A stretch of 64,000 nt of DNA from Eledone cirrhosa (taxonomy: Eukaryota). The position numbers and the translations under genes are program-made. The stretch's first letter is position 1. Each line of letters begins with the position of its first letter. The stretch covers positions 247,566,001 to 247,630,000 of the forward strand of contig OZ024741.1 in assembly GCA_964016885.1 (NCBI GenBank), given 5' to 3'. Shown piece by piece: positions 12,401 to 24,200 of this stretch. A model generated the notes under the pieces. The model worked only from the letters and a program-made list of their open reading frames with translations, did not search any database and had not been told where the DNA came from.

Positions 12401-15400
12401 ACGGCTGGAAATTATCTCCCCTTGATTTTTTTTAGAAATTATCTCCCCCTGATTTTTTTTACAAATTATCTCCCCCTGATTTTTTATTACAAATTATCTC
12501 CCCCTGATTTTTGTTTACAAATTATCTCCGCCTGATTTTTTTTTAAAAATTATCTCCCCTTGGACGGCTGGAAATTATCTCCCCTTGGACGGCTAGAAAT
12601 TACCTCTCCTTGGACGGCTGAAAATTATCTCCACTTGGACGGCTGGAAATTATCTCCCCTTGATTTTTTTACAAATTATCTCCCCCTGATTTTTTTTTAC
12701 AAATTATCTACCCCTGATTTTTTTTTACAAATTATCTACCCCTGATTTTTTTTTACAAATTATCTCCCCCTGATTTTTTTTACAAATTATCTCCCCCTGA
12801 TTTTTTTTTTACAAATTATCTCCCCCTGATTTTTTTACAAATTATCTCCCCCTGATTTTTTTTACAAATTATCTCCGCCTGATTTTTTTAAATATTATCT
12901 CTCCTTGGCTGGCGGGAAATTATCTCCCCTTGGACGGCTGGAAATTATCTCCCCTTGGAAGGATGGAAATTATCTCCCCTTGGACGGCTGGAAATTATCT
13001 ACCCCTGATTTTTTTTACAAATTATCTCCCCCTGATTTTTTTTACAAATTATCTCCCCCTGATTTTTTTTTACAAATTATCTACCCCTGATTTTTTTTAC
13101 AAATTATCTCCCCCTGATTTTTTTTACAAATTATCTCCCCCTGATTTTTTTTTTACAAATTATCTCCCCCTGATTTTTTTACAAATTATCTCCCCCTGAT
13201 TTTTTTTACAAATTATCTCCCCTTGGAGGCTGGAATTTATCTCCCCTTGGACGGCTAGAAATTACCTCTCCTTGGACGGCTGGAAAATATGTCTCCTTGG
13301 ACGGCTGGATATTATCTCCCCTTGGACGGCTGAAAATTATCTCCCCTTGGACGGCTGGAAATTATCTCCCCTTGATTTTTTTTACAAATTATCTCCCCCT
13401 GATTTTTTTTTACAAATTATCTCCCCCTGATTTTTTTTACAAATTATCTCCCCCTGATTTTTTTTTACAAATTTTCTGCCGCTGATTTTTTTTACAAATT
13501 ATCTCCCCTTGGAGGCTGGAATTTATCTCCCCTTGGACGGCTAGAAATTACCTCTCCTTGGACGGCTGGAAAATATGTCTCCTTGGACGGCTGGATATTA
13601 TCTCCCCTTGGACGGCTGGAAATTATCTCCCCATGGACGGCTGGAAATTATCTCCCCTTGGACGGCTAGAAATTATCTCTCCTTGGACGGCTGAAAATTA
13701 TCTCCCCTTGGACGGCTGCAAATTATCTCCCCTTGATTTTTTTATAAATTATCTCCCCCTGATTTTTTTTACAAATTATCTCCCCCTGATTTTTTTTACA
13801 AATTATCTACCCCTGATTTTTTTACAAATTATCTCCCCCTGATTTTTTTTTACAAATTATCTACCTCTGATTTTTTTTTACAAATTATCTCCCCCTGATT
13901 TTTTTTTTACAAATTATCTTCCCCTGATTTTTTTACAAATTATCTCCCCCTGATTTTTTTTACAATCTCCGCCTGATTTTTTAAAAAATTATCTTCCCTT
14001 GGCTGGCGGGAAATTATCTCCCCTTGGACGGCTGGAAATTATCTCCCCTTGGAAGGATGGAAATTATCTCCCCTTGGACGGCTGGAAATTATCTCCCCTT
14101 GCACGGCTGGAAATTATCTCCCCTTGGCTGGAAATTATCTCCCCTTGGACGGCTAGAAATTATCTCTCTTTGGACGGCTGGAAATTATCACCCCTTGAGT
14201 TTTTTACAAATTATCTCCCCCTGATTTTTTTTACAAATCTCCCAGTGATTTTTTAAAAAAATTATCTCCCCTTGGACGGCTGGAAATTATCTCCCCTTGG
14301 ACGGCTGGAAATTATCTCGCCTTGGACGGCTAGAATTTACCTCTCCTTGGACGGCTGAAAATTATCTCCCCTTGGGCGGCTGGAAATTATCTCCCCTTGA
14401 TTTTTTTTACAAATTATCTCCCCCTGATTTTTTTTACAAATTATCTCCCCCTGATTTTTTTTTACAAATTATCTGCCGCTGATTTTTTTTACAAATTATC
14501 TCCCCTTGGAGGCTGGAATTTATCTCCCCTTGGACGGCTAGAATTTACCTCTCCTTGGACGGCTGAAAATTATCTCCCCTTGGACGGCTGGAAATTATCT
14601 CCCCTTGATTTTTTTTACAAATTATCTCCCTCTGATTTTTTTTTACAAATTATCTCCCCCTGATTTTTTTTTACAAATTATCTCCCCCTGATTTTTTTTT
14701 ACAAATTATCTCCCCCTGATTTTTTTTACAAATTATCTCCCCCCTGATTTTTTTACAAATTATCTCCCCTTGGCTGGCTGGAAATTATCTCCCCTTGGAC
14801 GGCTGGAAAATATGTCTCCTTGGACGGACGGATATTATCTCCCCTTGGACGGCTGGAAATTATCTCCCCTTGGACGGCTGGAAATTATCTCCCCTTGGAT
14901 GGCTAGATATTACCTCCCCTTGGACGGCTGGAAATTATCTCCCCTTGATTTTTTTTACAAATTATCTCCCCCTGATTTTTTTTTACAAATTATCACCCCC
15001 TGATTTTTTTTTTAAAATTATCTCCCCCTGATTTTTGTTTACAAATTATCTCCGCCTGATTTTTTTTTAAAAATTATCTACCCTTGGACGGCTGGAAATT
15101 ATCTCCCCTTGGACGGCTGGAAATTATATCTCCTTGGACGGCTAGAATTTACCTCTCCTTGGACGGCTGAAAATTATCTCCCCTTGGACGGCTGGAAATT
15201 ATCTCCCCTTGATTTTTTTTACAAATTATCTCCCCCTGATTTTTTTTTACAAATTATCTCCCCCTGATTTTTTTTTACAAATTATCTCCCCCTGATTTTT
15301 TTTTACAAATTATCTCCCCCTGATTTTTTTACAAATTATCTCCCCTTGGCTGGCTGGAAATTATCTCCCCTTGGAGGCTGGAACTTATCTCCCCTTGGAC

Positions 15401-18400
15401 GGCTAGAAATTACCTCTCCTTGGACGGCTGGAAAATATGTCTCCTTGGACGGCTGGATATTATCTCCCCTTGGACGGCTGGAAATTATCTCCCCTTGGAC
15501 GGCTGGAAATTATCTCCCCTTGGATGGCTAGATATTACCTCCCCTTGGACGGCTGGAAATTATCTCCCTTTGATTTTTTTTACAAATTATCTCCCCCTTA
15601 TTTTTTTTACAAATTATCTCACCCTGATTTTTTTTTACAAATTATCTCCCCCTGATTTTTGTTTACAAATTATCTCCGCCTGATTTTTTTTAAAAAATTA
15701 TCTCCCCTTGGACGGCTGGAAATTATCTCCCCTTGGACGGCTAGAAATTACCTCTCCTTGGACGGCTGAAAATTATCTCCCCTTGGACGGCTGGAAATTA
15801 TCTCCCCTTGATTTTTTTACAAATTATCTCCCCCCGATTTTTTTTTTACAAATTATCTCCCCCTGATTTTTTTTTACAAATTATCTACCCCTGATTTTTT
15901 TTTACAAATTATCTCCCCCTGATTTTTTTTACAAATTATCTCCCCCTGATTTTTTTTTTACAAATTATCTCCCCCTGATTTTTTTACAAATTATCTCCCC
16001 CTGATTTTTTTTACAAATTATCTCCGCCTGATTTTTTTAAATATTATCTCTCCTTGGCTGGCGGGAAATTATCTCCCCTTGGACGGCTGGAAATTATCTC
16101 CCCTTGGAAGGATGGAAATTATCTCCCCTTGGACGGCTGGAAATTATCTACCCCTGATTTTTTTTACAAATTATCTCCCCCTGATTTTTTTTACAAATTA
16201 TCTCCCCCTGATTTTTTTTACAAATTATCTACCCCTGATTTTTTTTACAAATTATCTCCCCCTGATTTTTTTTACAAATTATCTCCCCCTGATTTTTTTT
16301 TTACAAATTATCTCCCCCTGATTTTTTTACAAATTATCTCCCCCTGATTTTTTTTACAAATTATCTCCGCCTGATTTTTTTAAATATTATCTTCCCTTGG
16401 CTGGCGGGAAATTATCTCCCCTTGGACGGCTGAAAATTATCTCCCCTTGGACGGCTGGAAATTATCTCCCCTTGATTTTTTTACAAATTATCTCCCCCTG
16501 ATTTTTTTTTTACAAATTATCTCACCCTGATTTTTTTTACAAATTATCTACCCCTGATTTTTTTTTACAAATTATCTCCCCCTGATTTTTTTTACAAATT
16601 ATCTCCCCCTGATTTTTTTTTTACAAATTATCTCCCCCTGATTTTTTTACAAATTATCTCCCCCTGATTTTTTTTACAAATTATCTCCGCCTGATTTTTT
16701 TAAATATTATCTCTCCTTGGCTGGCGGGAAATTATCTCCCCTTGGACGGCTGGAAATTATCTCCCCTTGGAAGGATGGAAATTATCTCCCCTTGGACGGC
16801 TGGAAATTATCTACCCCTGATTTTTTTTACAAATTATCTCCCCCTGATTTATTTTACAAATTATCTCCCCCTGATTTTTTTTTTAAAAATTATCTCCCCC
16901 TGATTTTTTTACAAATTATCTCCCCCTGATTTTTTTTACAAATTATCTCCGCCTGATTTTTTTAAATATTATCTTACCTTGGCTGGCGGGAAATTATCTC
17001 CCCTTGGACGGCTGAAAATTATCTCCCCTTTGACGGCTGGAAATTATCTCCCCTTGATTTTTTTTACAAATTATCTCCCCCTGATTTTTTTTTACAAATT
17101 ATCTCCGCCTGATTTTTAAAAAAAAATTATCTCCCCTTCGCTGGCTGGAAATTATCTCCCCTTGGACGCTGGAAATTATAGCCCCTTGGAGGGCTGGAAA
17201 TTATCTTCCCTTGGACGGCTGGAAATTATCTCCCCTTGATTTTTTTTACAAATTATCTCCCCCTGATTTTTTTTTACAAATTATCTCCCCCTGATTTTTT
17301 TTTACAAATTATCTCCCCCTGATTTTTTTTTTACAAATTATCTCCGCCTGATTTTTTTAAAAAAATTATCTCCCCTTGGACGGCTGGAAATTATCTCCCT
17401 TTGGACGGCTGGAAATTATCTCCCCTTGGACGGCTAGAAATTATCTCTCCTTGGACGGCTGAAAATTATCTCCCCTTGGACGGCTGCAAATTATCTCCCC
17501 TTGATTTTTTTTACAAATTATCTCCCCCTGATTTTTTTTACAAATTATCTCCCCCTGATTTTTTTTACAAATTATCTACCCCTGATTTTTTTTACAAATT
17601 ATCTCCCCCTGATTTTTTTTTACAAATTATCTCCCTCTGCTTTTTTTTTACAAATTATCTCCCCCTGATTTTTTTTTTACAAATTATCTCCCCCTGATTT
17701 TTTTACAAATTATCTCCCCCTGATTTTTTTACAATCTCCGCCTGATTTTTTTAAAGATTATCTTCCCTTGGCTGGCGGGAAATTATCTCCCCTTGGACGG
17801 CTGGAAATTATCTCCCCTTGGAAGGATGGAAATTATCTCCCCTTGGACGGCTGGAAATTATCTCCCTTTGATTTTTTTTACAAATTATCTCCCTCTGATT
17901 TTTTTTACAAATCTCCCCCTGATTTTTTTAAAAAAATTATCTCCCCTTCGCTGGCTGGAAATTATCTCCCCTTGGACACTGGAAATTATAGCCCCTTGGA
18001 GGGCTGGAAATTATCTTCTCTTGGACGGCTGGAAATTATCTCCCCTTGATTTTTTTTACAAATTATCTCCGCCTGATTTTTTTTTTAAATTATCTCTCCT
18101 TGGACGGCTGGAAATTATCTCCCCTTGATTTTTTAAAAAATTATCTCCCCTTGGAAGGCTGGAAATTATGTCCCCTTGGCTGGAAATTATCTCCCCTTGG
18201 ACGGCTAGAAATTATCTCTCTTTGGACGGCTGGAAATTATCACCCCTTGAGTTTTTTTACAAATTATCTCCCCCTGATTTTTTTTACAAATCTCCCAGTG
18301 ATTTTTTAAAAAAAATTATCTCCCCTTCGCTGGCTGGAAATTATCTCCCCTTGGACGCTGGAAATTATAGCCCCTTGGAGGGCTGGAAATTATCTTTCCT

Positions 18401-19359
18401 TGGACGGCTGGAAATTATCTCCCCTTGATTTTTTTTACAAATTATCTCCCCCTGATTTTTTTTACAAATTATCTCCCCCTGATTTTTTTTTACAAATTAT
18501 CTGCGCCTGATTTTTTTTAAAAAATTATCTCCCCTTGGACGGCTGGAAATTATCTCCCCTTGGACGGCTGGAAATTATCTCTCCTTGGACGGCTAGAATT
18601 TACCTCTCCTTGGACGGCTGAAAATTATCTCCCCTTGGACGGCTGGAAATTACCTCCCCTTGATTTTTTTTACAAATTATCTCCCCCTGATTTTTTTTTA
18701 CAAATTATCTCCCCCTGATTTTTTTTTACAAATTATCTCCCCCTGATTTTTTTTTACAAATTATCTCCCCCTGATTTTTTTTACAAATTATCTCCCCTTG
18801 GCTGGCTGGAAATTATCTCCCCTTGGAGGCTGGAACTTATCTCCCCTTGGACGGCTAGAAATTACCTCTCCTTGGACGGCTGGAAAATATGTCTCCTTGG
18901 ACGGCTGGAAATTATCTCCCCTTGGACGGCTGGAAATTATCTCCCTTGGACGGCTGGAAATTATCTCCCCTTGGATGGCTAGATATTACCTCCCCTTGGA
19001 CGGCTGGAAATTATCTCCCCTTGATTTTTTTAAGAAATTATCTCCCCCTGATTTTTTTTTACAAATTATCTCCCCCTGATTTTTTATTACAAATTATCTC
19101 CCCCTGATTTTTGTTTACAAATTATCTCCGCCTGATTTTTTTTTTAAAATTATCTCCCCTTGGACGGCTGGAAATTATCTCCCCTTGGACGGCTAGAAAT
19201 TACCTCTCCTTGGACGGCTGAAAATTATCTCCACTTGGACGGCTGGAAATTATCTACCCCTGATTTTTTTTACAAATTATCTCCCCCTGATTTTTTTTAC
19301 AAATTATCTCCCCCTGATTTTTTTTTACAAATTATCTACCCCTGATTTTTTTTACAAAT

Positions 19360-21250
19360 TATCTCCCCCTGATTTTTTTACAAATTGTCTCCCCCTGATT
19401 TTTTTTTACAAATTATCTCCCCCTGATTGTTTTACAAATTATCTCCCCCTGATTTTTTTTACAAATTATCTCCGCCTGATTTTTTTAAATATTATCTTCC
19501 CTTGGCTGGCGGGAAATTATCTCCCCTTGGAAGGATGGAAATTATCTCCCCTTGGACGGCTGGAAATTATCTCCCCTTGCACTGCTGGAAATTATCTCCC
19601 CTTGGACGACTGGAAATTATCTGCCCTTGATTTTGTTTTTACAAATTATCTTCCCCTCATTTTTTTTACAAATTATCTCCACCTGATTTTTTAAAAAATT
19701 ATCTCCCCTTAGACGGCTGGAAATTATCTCCCCTTGGCTGGAAATTATCTCCCCTTGGACGGCTAGAAATTATCTCTCTTTGGACGGCTGGAAATTATCT
19801 CCCCTTGATTTTTTTTACAAATTATCTCCCCCTGATTTTTTTTACAAATCTCCCAGTGATTTTTAAAAAAAAATTATCTTCCTTTCGCTGGTTGGAAATT
19901 ATCTCCCCTTGGACGCTGGAAATTATAGCCCCTTGGAGGGCTGGAAATTATCTTCCCTTGGACGGCTGGAAATTATCTCCCCTTGATTTTTTTACATTTT
20001 ATCTCCCCCTGATTTTTTTTTACAAATTATCTCCCCGATTTTTTTTTACAAATTATCTCCGCCTGATTTTTTTAAAAAAATTATCTTCCCTTGGACGGCT
20101 GGAAATTATCTCCCCTTGGACGTCTGGAAATTATCTCGCCTTGGACGGCTAGAAATTACCTCTCCTTGGACGGCTGAAAATTATCTCCCCTTGGACGCTG
20201 GAAATTATAGCCCCTTGGAGGGCTGGAAATTATGTCCCCTTGATTTTTTTTACAAATTATCTCCCCCTGATTTTTTTTTACAAATTATCTCCCCCTGATT
20301 TTTTTTTTACAAATTATCTCCCCCTGATTTTTTTTTACAAATTATCTCCCCCTGATTTTTTTACAAATTATCTCCCCTTGGCTGGCTGTAAATTATCTCC
20401 CCTTGGAGGCTGGAATTTATCTCCCCTTGGACGGCTGGAAATAATCTCCCCTTGGACGGCTAGAAATTACCTCTCCTTGGACGGCTGGAAATTATCTCCC
20501 CTTGAACGGCTGGAAATTATCTCCCCTTGGACGGCTGGAAATTATCTCCCCTTGGACGGCTGGAAATTATCTCCCCTTGGACGGCTAGAAATTACCTCTC
20601 CTTGGACGGCTGGAAATTATCTCCACTTGGACGGCTGGAAATTATCTCCCCTTCGCTGGCTGGAAATCATCTCCCTTTGGACGGCTGGAAATTATAGCTG
20701 CTTGTAGGGCTGGAAATTATCTCCCCTTGGACGGCTGGAAATTATCTCCCCTTGATTTATTTTACTAATTATCTCCCCCTGATTTTTTTTACAAATTATC
20801 TCCGCATGATTTTTTTTTTAAAATTATCTCCCCTTGGCTGGATGGAAATTATCTCCCCTTGGACGGCTGGAAATTATCTCCCCTTGGAGCCTAGAAATTA
20901 CCTCTCCTTGGACAGCTGTAAATTATCTCCCCTTGGACGGCTGGAAATTATCTCGCCTTGGACGGCTGGAAATTATCTCCCCTTGATTTTGTATACAAAT
21001 TATCTCCCCCTGATTTTTTTTTACAAATTATCTGCCCCTGATTATATTTTTACAAATTAGCTCCGCCTGATTTTTTAAAAAAATTATCTCCCCTTGGACG
21101 GCTGGAAATTATCTCCCCTTGGACGGCTGGAAATTATCTCCCCTTGAACGGCTAGAAATTACCTCTCCTTGGAGGGCTGGAAATTATCATCCCTTGGACG
21201 GCTGGAAATTATCTCCCCTTGATTTTTTTTACAAATTATCTCCCCTTGGA
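19360..21250 (+). repeat. Diverged satellite block rich in private variants (second copy ~56,180-58,070)
   Basis: Variants not noticed outside this block and its copy include GCACTGCTGG, GACGACTGG, AAATAATC, TTGAACGG, AAATCATC, ATAGCTGCTTGTAGG, GGAGCCTAG, TTTTGTATAC and AAATTAGCTCC. Confidence 0.85.
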
Positions 21251-24200
21251 CGGCTGGAAATTATCTCCCCTTGGACGGCTGGAAATTATCTCCCCTTGGA
21301 CGGCTAGAAATTACCTCTCCTTGGACGGCTGAAAATTATCTCCCCTTGGACGGCTGGAAATTATCTCCCCTTGATTTTTTTTTACAAATTATCTCCCCCT
21401 GATTTTTTTTACAAATTATCTACCCCTGATTTTTTTTACAAATTATCTCCCCCTGATTTTTTTTACAAATTATCTCCCCCTGATTTTTTTTACAAATTAT
21501 CTCCCCCTGATTTTTTTTTACAAATTATCTCCCCCTGATTTTTTTACAAATTATCTCCCCCTGTTTTTTTTACAAATTATCTCCGCCTGATTTTTTTAAA
21601 TATTATCTTCCCTTGGCTGGCGGGAAATTATCTCCCCTTGGACGGCTGAAAATTATCTCCCCTTGGACGGCTGGAAATTATCTCCCCTTGATTTTTTTTA
21701 CAAATTATCTCCCCCTGATTTTTTCTTACAAATTATCTCCCCCTGATTTTTTTACAAATTATCTCCCCCTGATTTTTTTTTACAAATTGTCTCCCCCTGA
21801 TTTTTTTTACAAATTATCTCCCTCTGATTTTTTTACAAATTATCTCCCCTTGGCTGGCTGGAAATTATCTCCCCTTGGACGGCTAGAAATTACCTCTCCT
21901 TGGACGGCTGGAAAATATGTCTCCTTGGACGGCTGGATATTATCTCCCCTTGGACGGCTGGAAATTATCTCCCCTTGGACGGCTGGAAATTATCTCCCCT
22001 TGATTTTTTTACAAATTATCTCCCCCTGATTTATTTTACAAATCTCCCAATTTAAAAAAAAAAATTATCTCCCCTTCGCTGGCTGGAAATTATCTCCCCT
22101 TGGACGCTGGAAATTATAGCCCCTTGGAGGGCTGGAAATTATCTTCCCTTGGACGGCTGGAAATTATCTCCCCTTGATTTTTTTTACAAATTATCTCCCC
22201 CTGATTTTTTTTACAAATTATCTCCCCCTGATTTTTTTTACAAATTATCTACCCCTGATTTTTTTTACAAATTATCTCCCCCTGATTTTTTTTTACAAAT
22301 TATCTCCCCCTGATTTTTTTTTACAAATTATCTCCCCCTGATTTTTTTACAAATTATCTCCCCCTGATTTTTTTTACAATCTCCGCCTGATTTTTTTAAA
22401 AATTATCTTCCCTTGGCTGGCTGGAAATTATCTCCCCTTGGACACTGGAAATTATAGCCCCTTGGAGGGCTGGAAATTATCTTCCCTTGGACGGCTGGAA
22501 ATTATCTCCCCTTGATTTTTTTTACAAATTATCTCCGCCTGATTTTTTTTTACAAATTATCTCCCCCTGATTTTTTTTTACACATTATCTACCCCTGATT
22601 TTTTTTTACAAATTATCTCCCCCTGATTTTTTTTACAAATTATCTCCCCCTGATTTTTCTTTTACAAATTATCTCCCCCTGATTTTTTTACAAATTATCT
22701 CCCCCTGATTTTTTTTACAAATTATCTCCGCCTGATTTTTTTAAATATTATCTTCCCTTGGCTGGCGGGAAATTATCTCCCCTTGGACGGCTGGAAATTA
22801 TCTGCCCTTGATTTTCTTTTTACAAATTATCTTCCACTGATTTTTTTTACAAATTATCTCCACCTGATTTTTTAAAAAATTATCTCCCCTTGGAAGGCTG
22901 GAAATTATCTCCCCTTGGACGGCTGGAAATTATCTCCCCTTGGACGGCTAGAAATTATCTCTCCTTGGACGGCTGAAAATTATCTCCCCTTGGACGGCTG
23001 CAAATTATCTCCCCTTGATTTTTTTTACAAATTTTCTCCCCCTGATTTTTTTTACAAATTATCTCCCCCTGATTTTTTTACAAATTATCTCCCCCTGATT
23101 TTTTTTTACAAATTATCTCCCCCTGATTTTTTTTTACAAATTATCTCCCCCTGATTTTTTTTACAATCTCCGCCTGATTTTTTTAAAAATTATCTTCCCT
23201 TGGCTGGCGGGAAATTATCTCCCCTTGGACGGCTGGAAATTATCTCCCCTTGGAAGGATGGAAATTATCTCCCCTCGGACGGCTGGAAATTATCTCCCCT
23301 TGCACGGCTGGAAATTATCTCCCCTTGGCTGGAAATTATCTCCCCTTGGACGGCTAGAAATTATCTCTCTTTGGACGGCTGCAAATTATCTCCCTTTGAT
23401 TTTTTTTACAAATTATCTCCCTCTGATTTTTTTTACAAATCTCCCCCTGATTTTTTTAAAAAAATTATCTCCCCTTCGCTGGCTGGAAATTATCTTCCCT
23501 TGGACGGCTGGAAATTATCTCCCCTTGATTTTTTTTACAAATTATCTCCGCCTGATTTTTTTTAAAAATTATCTCTCCTTGGACGGCTGGAAATTATCTC
23601 CCCTTGATTTTTTTACAAATTATCTCCCCCTGATTTTTTTTTACAAGTTATCTCCCCCTGATTTTTTTTTACAAATTATCTACCCCTGATTTTTTTTTAC
23701 AAATTATCTCCCCCTGATTTTTTTTTACAAATTATCTACCCCTGATTTTTTTTACAAATTATCTCCCCCTGATTTTTTTTACAAATTATCTCCCCCTGAT
23801 TTTTTTTTTACAAATTATCTCCCCCTGATTTTTTTACAAATTATCTCCCCCTGATTTTTTTTACAAATTATCTCCGCCGGATTTTTTTAAATATTATCTT
23901 CCCTTGGCTGGCGGGAAATTATCTCCCCTTGGACGGCTGAAAATTATCTCCCTTTGGACGGCTGGAAATTATCTCCCCTTGATTTTTTTTACAAATTATC
24001 TCCCCCTGATTTTTTTTTACAAATTATCTCCCCCTGATTTTTTTTACAAATTATCTCCCCCTGATTTTTTTTTACAAATTATCTCCCCCTGATTTTTTTT
24101 ACAAATTATCTCCCCCTGATTTTTTTTACAAATTATCTCCCCTGATTTTTTTACAAATTATCTCCCCCTGATTTTTTTTACAAATTATCTCCGCCTGATT

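Larger units (their letters stand above)
3200..19300 (+). repeat. Older ~6.4-7.1 kb higher-order periodicity (about 2.5 copies) inside the superunit
   Basis: Matching blocks at 3699/10801 and 5097/12199 (7,102), 6925/13999 (7,074), 8983/15346 and 9691/16054 (6,363), 10801/17401 (6,600) and 12199/18798 (6,599). Confidence 0.8.
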
